From Camelus ferus (taxonomy: Eukaryota), in contig NC_045697.1 in assembly GCF_009834535.1 (NCBI RefSeq), forward strand, positions 94,428,001 to 94,492,000: 64,000 nt of DNA, written 5' to 3'. Of the stretch, positions 55,695-64,000 are shown in pieces. The notes beneath the pieces are model-generated. The model did not search any database. It worked only from the letters and a program-made list of their open reading frames with translations, and was not told where the DNA came from. Each line of letters opens with the position of its first letter. Positions within the stretch are counted from its first letter, which is position 1. Position numbers and translations under genes: made by a program.

Positions 55695-56595
55695 AAGACT
55701 TATATAGTCAAGGAAACAACAATGTGATGGTATTTTCCTGAAAGCGGCTTTTTCAGAAGTGTCTATTATGTATTATTGACTGCAGAGATTTTGTAGGTTT
55801 ACATTTCATGTCTCTAAAGAAACGGTGAACTGCATGTCTGTATTTTCACATGAACTTGAAATCTGTGTTGGTGACCTTCGTGATTGCCTTAATTAGCTGA
55901 GTCTCACAAAGTGAAGGCAGTTACACTCCTTTACTACATTACTTAAATATGTTCATAGTTGAACATAATTTTCTTCAAAGGAAAACTGCAAATATGCTCT
56001 TAGCTTGACCCATTCTACTAATTTAAATGTCTGGAAATCAAACAGAATATGGAAATCAGGCTTTTGTATAAAATTGCAATTTAACTGGAAGCATATTTAA
56101 GTAATTTTGCAGTGAAGCAGTGGAACTATTAGAAAGTTTTATGTTTCTTTCATGAATCTGAGATGGTGACTGTTGCCTGTGCACATCTACTGATACACAT
56201 AGAATACTATACATAATAGTTATATAATTATCTGAACTTACATAAAGTATGGATTTTATCTTTAATAGTTTACTTGATCCTTTCTTGACAGGGAGAAGGG
56301 GTCAACTGTGATCATTCTAATCTACTTAGAAAAATGTCTGTCTAATATTGCTCTGCCTTCTCTACCAGGAAGTCAGGAATGACACTTTGAACACAAATCA
56401 CCTGGCCAGTGACAGCCTTATTTTCATGCACTTTATAAAGAACATATTTTTGTGAACAAATTCCAAAAAAATTAACAAGGTCAGTTTTAAAGCGTTTTAA
56501 AAGTTTCTATCTATCCTTTTAGGACATTCTAAAATGTCTCTCAAATAACTTCAGGGAAGCTTATTGTTCATAAACCAAATTATACCTTGTGTATT

Positions 56596-56744
56596 GCATA
56601 TGTTTAATGAATATTAGAGAAAGGAATAAATATATGTATATATACATAATAAATATACATATAATATATGTGTATATATGTATCTATGTGTACATATAGT
56701 TATTCCTTTGTCTAACATTCATTGTATTATTAAATACATATGCA
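56596..56744. repeat. Imperfect inverted repeat (hairpin) around an AT-rich spacer
   Basis: aatgaatattagagaaaggaataaatatatgta (from 56606) is the reverse complement of tacatatagttattcctttgtctaacattcatt (to 56723), with 3 mismatches in 33 bp. Confidence 0.85.
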
Positions 56745-58549
56745 TATATATATATTTAAACTGCTTTAGGGTGGAGACACTATACCTTGAGTTTCTAGTA
56801 TAATTATTGACTCCTAGAAATCATAATATACTCAGTAAATTTTTGACAATAAATGAATGAATGGGTAAATGAAATCAGAAATATCAGAACTTGTATTTTT
56901 TTGACTTTCTAACTCAAATATTTCCTGAAAAGTAATCTTCAGATGTCATGGGTTAGTTTTGTTTTCTTTTTAAATTATCACTAATCCAAACAAACCAACT
57001 ATGCTATTCATGAAGAAAAAAAATGAAAAAACCCAAGTTTCAAAAGTTAATACTGAGTGTGTAGAAAAAAATCAAACTAAAACCTTTCCCATATGTTCAG
57101 TAGTAAAGAAAAAAAAAAAAAACCCTGTAAATATGCCTTTGAAAACATGAAGAGAAGAGGAGGTCCTGAGAGCCCAAGATAGAGTGTTTCAAATGGCAGG
57201 GGGATAATATGAAAATGTGAAATGTGAAAATGAGTGAGGAGTGCAGTCCTTCACTCCATCAACACTCTCTGCGAGGCTGGAAAGGGACAGATGGGAGCTC
57301 AAGCTTAACTAAGAAGTGGGAATTTCCTTGCAGTGATCATAATGATTTTATAATGTTTCTTATATTTCTGAGGAGACAACGTGTTTTAAAGATAACAAAA
57401 AAGGGCATATTTATTATAAACTGTTTAAAACATTTCCTTTTAAACAAAACATTATTCCCACAGCACATATACATGAATATTAATGTACACTTTCAATTAT
57501 AATTATTGCAGAATATGTCATTTATCTTAATTAATTTTGCCAAAAGTTAAGTATTTGGATAATAAATTAAAAATTCCTTATTAAAAATCTGTTATACGAG
57601 TCCATTTACTTCACATTTTAAAAAATATTGAAGATGTTTTCAGCATCTAGGACCATCTTACATAAAATACACTGTTGTATATTTAATGGCACATGAATAA
57701 GACTTTAACCATACAGAATAGACTTGGAAGCACGTAGTTGACAGAGGTATCTACAGGGGATGCAGGGTGGAAGATGGGATATGTATTGGTGTAAGCGGAT
57801 GGTATAAAAGGTTAATAATGCCGGCGAAGAAGGTGATGCACAGACTCAGATAACATCATCCTGCCACATCTGCTTTACCAGATGACCTGATATTAGATGT
57901 ATCTGCAGTGGTTTTACACAGAAGAAAACAGAATTTGCCCATCTTAGTGATTTTACTGGTGCCATTAATGTAAAAAACAGAGTGGCATGTTTAAAAATTA
58001 TATATACACAGATATACAAATATACATATATTATCTATAAATTTTGATTATGTTCAACCCCATAGTATTTTGAAGACATTACTAATTGGTTAGTCTGAAC
58101 CAGATTAAACACATCTGTACTTCTTATGGTTTTATTTTTGAACTATACAAAGTGTTCACATTACTAAAAAGGTCACGTTTTTCAAAATTCAGGTTATATC
58201 AAAACAAATTTTGAAAAACAAATCTATCTTTGTAGTTCACTGGGTGGAGTCATTCATTTGAGAATATATGAAACATATTCTTTTATATATGCGAGCATGA
58301 AGTTAGGGAAGAAACATTTGAAGTATCGTTACTCTCTTTTTTTTTAATTGCACTTTTTCACTTGAATTCCCACAGCTCTATCTTCCATCCAACTCCATGC
58401 GGCTAGAGTCAGCAATACCTAAGTCACTCATTTCTTCAAGGGAACTATTGTTTCTGTGAGGCCAGTATAGTAGAGATAAAAGATGAAATCATATTTCATG
58501 CAGCTAGAAAAAGTTACCTGAGTTGGACATTGAATATCAAACACCGTCT

Positions 58550-58743
58550 GAAATCCCCTCTGTCAGGGGACACTTGGAATAGCTGGAGCCATTTTTGGTT
58601 GCCATAACTGAGGGCAGAGGGCTACTACTGGCATCTAATGGGTAGAGACCATATCTGCTGCATCCTAATGTGCCCATGATGGTTTCCACCATGTAGAATT
58701 ATCCAGTTCAAGATGTTAATGGTGCCGAGGTTGACAAACCCTG
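58550..58743. mobile_element. MER20-like hAT-Charlie MITE
   Basis: caggggacacttgg..ctggagccatttttggttgccataactg..ctactggcatctaatgggtagagacca..aatggtgccgaggttgacaaaccctg. Confidence 0.8.
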
Positions 58744-61700
58744 GGTTAGAGGAAATGAGGAAAGAGGGGCCTCATTAATGTGAGAGAAGGGGCAGAAGGA
58801 AGAGCTCATCAAGGTCTTTGCTCTTTTCACCTCCGCTAACTAGATAATTGAGCTGCCTTCTCTTTGCAAGCTAATAAGGATTTTCTTATTTATAGGCAGC
58901 AAACATGCCACCCACTAATTGTTCTAGGAGTTCTAATGCCTATTTTTGACCCCACAATTTGTTGCCTCAGCAAACAAACTTTCTATAGGCCATTCTTGTT
59001 TCAATGACCCAGGACACTGGACACATTTCAGGGAAATGATGTAAAAGGGGAAAACCTCTGCATTCTGGCCCCTGGGGTATCAGACAGCATCATCAGAAGA
59101 CTGAGCCTTGAGTAGGGTGGTGGTTGAACACCCTCCACTTTGTTGTGTATACACCTCTCTCTTAAAAAGTAATGTTTTTGCATTATTTTTAATGATGCTA
59201 TCATGTAAAAATAATTTCAAAGTCTCCATCCTAACCAACAATTTAAAAGAGATTAGAAAATTATATTGAAAGGAAGTGATATTTATTTGTTTCATTGTTT
59301 GCCTTATATGCATATTATTTCCTTTGTAAGTCCATAGTAATTTTCAGGACAAGTCATCGTGATGTAATTACTTTCACAAGATTGACAGCAACAGCCAATC
59401 TATTACAGATTTTTATGACATGCTAATTTCCCATCTGTCCAGGGCACTTCTTTTCATGTGCCAACATTTTAGAGAAAAGTTATAAGAATTGAAAGCTTGC
59501 TCTTCTTCTAATTGCAGCTTGACAATTACTAATGCAAGATTCTTGCTAAAAGAGAAGGAATGCCTCTTCATTTTTTAAAAAGGTCACTTTTATTAAAAAA
59601 AATGAGTGTTCATTATAACTTTTAAATTGAAAATTATTTTTTAGTCCTATAAGTAGGCTCGGTCCCTTTTTCACACTTATCCCTAATCCTAAAATGACTT
59701 CCTTTTTCATATTTATTTTCCCCTATATTCCCTGTGAAACTTCTTTAACATTAAGAACCTCTCTGAGAAGTCTTCACTGAAACATACCATGTAGAGGATT
59801 ATAAAATGAATGTTAACTCTTTGATAAAAACATTGTGAATGCTGTAAATGAATCAAACAGTGACAAACTGAATGATTTTTTTTTTCTCGGTTATGAAAGC
59901 AAGCAAAGCAATATGCATAGAATGCTTAAGAAACCTCAAGTCAAAGTACGAATTTAAGCTACTTCAGAAAGCACTATGAAAGCTCGTTTTCACATTTCAC
60001 TCAGCGTGCTCCAAGTGGATTACATTTGTGACAACACATGGCTGCCTTTGTCTTTCTGAGTGGCTTGGAGGGTCTGGGCTTACCAGAACGCTGGGCTGGT
60101 TGCTTCATATTACAAGAAATCTCATGCTCTTACTCATGTGTTGGAATAGATATTTTTTGAGTGAAACATCGGAAAAATGTTGAGAGGCATTACTCCATAT
60201 TCCAATGTTTGGATATATCACTTCACTATTATTTAATTTGAAAAAAAACCCCAAAGATTGATGATATTGAAAGTGAAGAAGAGAGGCTATGTAGAAAACT
60301 GGTAGGGAGACTAGAGTGAAATGCATAAAAGAAAATACTGTGGAAAGCATTTTCATTAAAGACTACATAACATTGTTACAGACTAGTGATGTTTTTAAAA
60401 ATACTCTGCAAATACAGATTTTTGAAAAAAATTCCAGAAAGAAGAAGAAATAAAGAACTAACATTCATAAGCACTTCAAAGGAATGGGTCTTGACAAAGG
60501 AAGAATGTATTTTAAAATAATCCCACAGTAGTTTCTCCCACCTAATAAATCCCTCTATGAATAGTCTTCTTTCTCAAATAATTCAGGGGGAAATCCTCAG
60601 TTTGACTAAAATGCCACTAAAATGATGTGACAAAAGAAAAAAAGCAGTATTAGTGAGAAAGGTAAATTTAGCCGGGCTGGTTAGGTAAATACTCAGCTGA
60701 TGTGACAATTATTGAAACCAGCATTTGCAAGTTGCATTAGATCTGCACATTTTTCATTTAATTTATTTGAATGCTCTGAATACAGATTAACTCTCTTAGC
60801 CTAATACTTCTTGGTTCATTAGCATTAAACTGAGAACTGCAAGTTCCTTGGGATAACCTTTAAATTGTTTTTTCTAACTTCAGCATAACTTCTGACAGTA
60901 TCTCTAAATCTCCTTGAACTATTATTTTGTCATGTTCAACTCTTCTCAAGCTGTTTTTAATTTAGTTTTTTACCAAGGGCTAGAGTTTTAAAATTGACTT
61001 TTAAGAGCTATCCACAAATTTTGTCTTGGAGACAGGGGGCACACAGCAAAGAACTTCCAAGCCTTTATTTAGACGTGCTAGCAAAACTTCAGGCCATATG
61101 GAGGTTTTGAGAATAAGTCCTTAAAATATACCAAGGGGCATAGTGAGGGTGGTCAGACAAAATGTTTTATGCATGATGTTTTCCCCAAATCTTCAGTAGC
61201 AGAAAAGGAAGAGTAAACAATAAAGTTCCTGTTACCATCTCTGCCACTTGTTCAAAGGACTCAGGAAGAAATTTTGCTGAAGGCACTGCATGGTATAGCT
61301 TACACCAGATACATTGCACAGAAACCAAATCATTTCATAGAAAAGTATTTTGAAAATGGAGTAAAAAATAAAGGGAAGAGAGAGAGAAACAGAAAAAAAA
61401 AAAAAAACCTTAATGAAAAGACTGAAGAAACATCTGCAGGCAATATTGGAGAGAAAATTGTCTCAAGATTTTTCAGTTGACATGCAGCTAAAACGTATCA
61501 TATGGATTACTCTCGTTTAAATGAAATGACAGTGGGAAGATGATCTAATATATCTATATTTTAAATAAATGTGTTAGTAAGGTTTTGAGGGAAAATCTGG
61601 TACATTTAATTCAAATATTAAAGTGGATTTCAAAAAGGCAAGCAAGTGAAATTTTCTAGGTCAAAACAATCTCCAGAAAATAAAAATGAATTAACTTTAT

Positions 61701-64000
61701 GAATGCTTCAAGGTGAAAATGGACCAATCTCAAACTCCACAATTTATAAATCGTTCTAAGAGTTTTTGAAGGCATTTCAGGAAATTTTACAATTTTATGC
61801 TTCTTTTTCAAATGTGCTAAACTAAAACAATCATTTAAAACAGAGCACACAATGAAACATTTTGACTTATCAACAAAATTGAGATAGTTACCTTACTGAT
61901 TTGAAATTATTATATTTTGCTAATTCTGGTTATAGTTCTAGTAGTTCATCATGATTAGTAATGTCACCTAAAATAATATATATTTCAATGATTATCTATA
62001 GTTTCCTTAGTTTTTCCTATTTCTATTTGCAATAGTTTCTAATCTTGCATAACACATGAAACGTAAGTGTATATCCTTTTCTTTTATTAATGATATTGAT
62101 CCTAAAACATATGATTGATCCACTCCAGATTAACCATGAGAAATGAAACCAAAGATTGGCTTTTACAACAAATTCAAATTTAATGTAGATGAAATCCTTC
62201 AGTCTGTGTGAGAATAACCATCAGCATGCACGTGTCTGTTGTGGCCACATATCCTTTACAGACTTTTATTGCTTAGTAAGAAAACAGTGAGATGAATGAC
62301 GTTCTATTGTCACTTCTGGTTTCCCATTATAACCTTTGCAGGAGTGTATTTTACTCCAGTCTACCGTTAAGTGCCTAGAAAAGTCAGACCATGGCTCCTA
62401 CCCACTGGAAAACACTTCAGTTACAATTCCTATGTAAAGCATAGTTAACAAACATGTATTTCTTACTGACACCATTTTGATGTAGAATTAACAATTTTTT
62501 CCTTGTTGTGAAGAAGTATTGTTTTTGTGCACCGCATGTGCTATAGTGTGTGCTGTACGTTTCTATGCATTGCATTTCACCCAGGCTGTTCGCATTTAGG
62601 CAAACCATTTCAAATTGACTTTAAAAACAGCTTGAAATTAGTAAAGCAACTATGATTTTGTCTGCCCTGAGTCAGTAATACATTAGCCAAAATTTGGGCA
62701 ACCTTTTTTTTGTTCTTAACATAATTGTGTCATTTAGTTGTCACATATGTATTTGAAATAATACAGCAGAATCAAACTTATTTTAAATATTTTCAGAGAG
62801 TTATATTCATCATAGGACCACTTCCACTTAGTGAGTAATAAGATACAATATTTTTCTTAACAAATAACAGCGTGAGACAAGAAAAAGTTTTAAGATCTGT
62901 GTTTATCAGTCCTTGTTCTGCTTCTGGACATAGAAACTTTCACTTCTTGTAAGGTCTTCAAACTCTTAGAAGATGTGTATGCTTACCATAAAATCACATC
63001 TGCTATACTTGTTAGGCAAATGGAGATACTGATGAATTCTCAAATCTCTCACATCTTTTATAATGAGTGTGCTTTTTTTTTTTTCCCAGTAAAATCACTC
63101 TAGTTTCTTCATTGGTAGCAGATTTGATGAAGGATTGAAGTCCTCTAGCTGAAAGCCGTGAGTTTTTAATTTGAGTTTATTTTTCGTTGGAAAGAGTAAG
63201 CTTAGATAGTTATTTTAGTCATGTTCTGTGAGTGGTAAACTCTGATGTTTTTAATATTGATAATTTAGCTATATGTGATTTTATCCATAGATTATGGCTA
63301 ATTTAGACGTACAATTCTAAATCGAGAGTTTTTTCAGCATTCTGGAACTATCACTGCATGCTTTCTTGTATCTATATTTGTTAATGAGAAATAATATCTT
63401 GAAATCACGTCTTTGTAGGTAATTTATCTTTCCTCTCTGATTTTAAAAATTGTATTTGTTGAATCTATGGTTTCATTTCAATGAACCTAATTGTACATTT
63501 ATTTTTGCAGATTTTCTTTAGTAATTCAGAGTTTAAGATGGTATAGCATAAATTCTGCCAGCCTAGGTGTAATCCACACCCAGGAGAATTAAACAGACTC
63601 TATAAAAACTACATTAGGGGACTATCTAAATGCTAGCTCAAATTTTTAAAAAAGGAGGGTGACCATGAAGAATGAGATTGTTGTTGTGGGAAATATGAAA
63701 TTCATTTTCTAGTTTTCTAGAAAGCTCAATGTTAAGTCCCCCAACAGGCTGGACCCTTGGTGCTGGGTGGCTAATTCCCTGGGGTAGTTTAGGTGCTGAT
63801 ATATTTCTTCATATCACCTTCTAGATTATCTGTACATTTATTTTCCTTGAGAATCAAACAGACCAGTGCATTTTCCAATCTAGCGCACAGAATCACTGTG
63901 AGAGAAAAGTGAAAATATACATAATTTGTAATTCTCATGCTCAATTTTATTTTTGCTTGGAGTGTTTTGTTCTGATTTTTTAAGCCATTAAATCCATTAT

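Overview
AT-rich mammalian non-genic DNA. It is very probably camelid (alpaca/llama/camel), judged from a camelid-type tRNA-derived SINE at ~9.7-9.9 kb and young L1 3' tails. I could not support any intact host protein-coding gene; the ORF-track entries are chance ORFs in repeats or non-coding DNA. The window is mostly old interspersed repeats (L1, L2, MIR, MaLR/ERVL and ERV1 solo LTRs, hAT MITEs), with one CpG-rich promoter-like island at ~4.2-4.9 kb. The main find is a heavily decayed endogenous bornavirus-like element on the minus strand at ~10.6-12.87 kb. Reading through stops and frameshifts gives collinear matches to bornavirus matrix (M), glycoprotein (G) and possibly the start of polymerase (L), ending in a TTAAAA...poly(A) tract and split at the M/G junction by a MER34-like LTR. 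The M-G-L order is the orthobornavirus arrangement. The layout resembles a retrotransposed unspliced copy of the viral third transcription unit. Viral reference motifs were recalled from memory and aligned by eye, so tblastn/HMM confirmation is needed.
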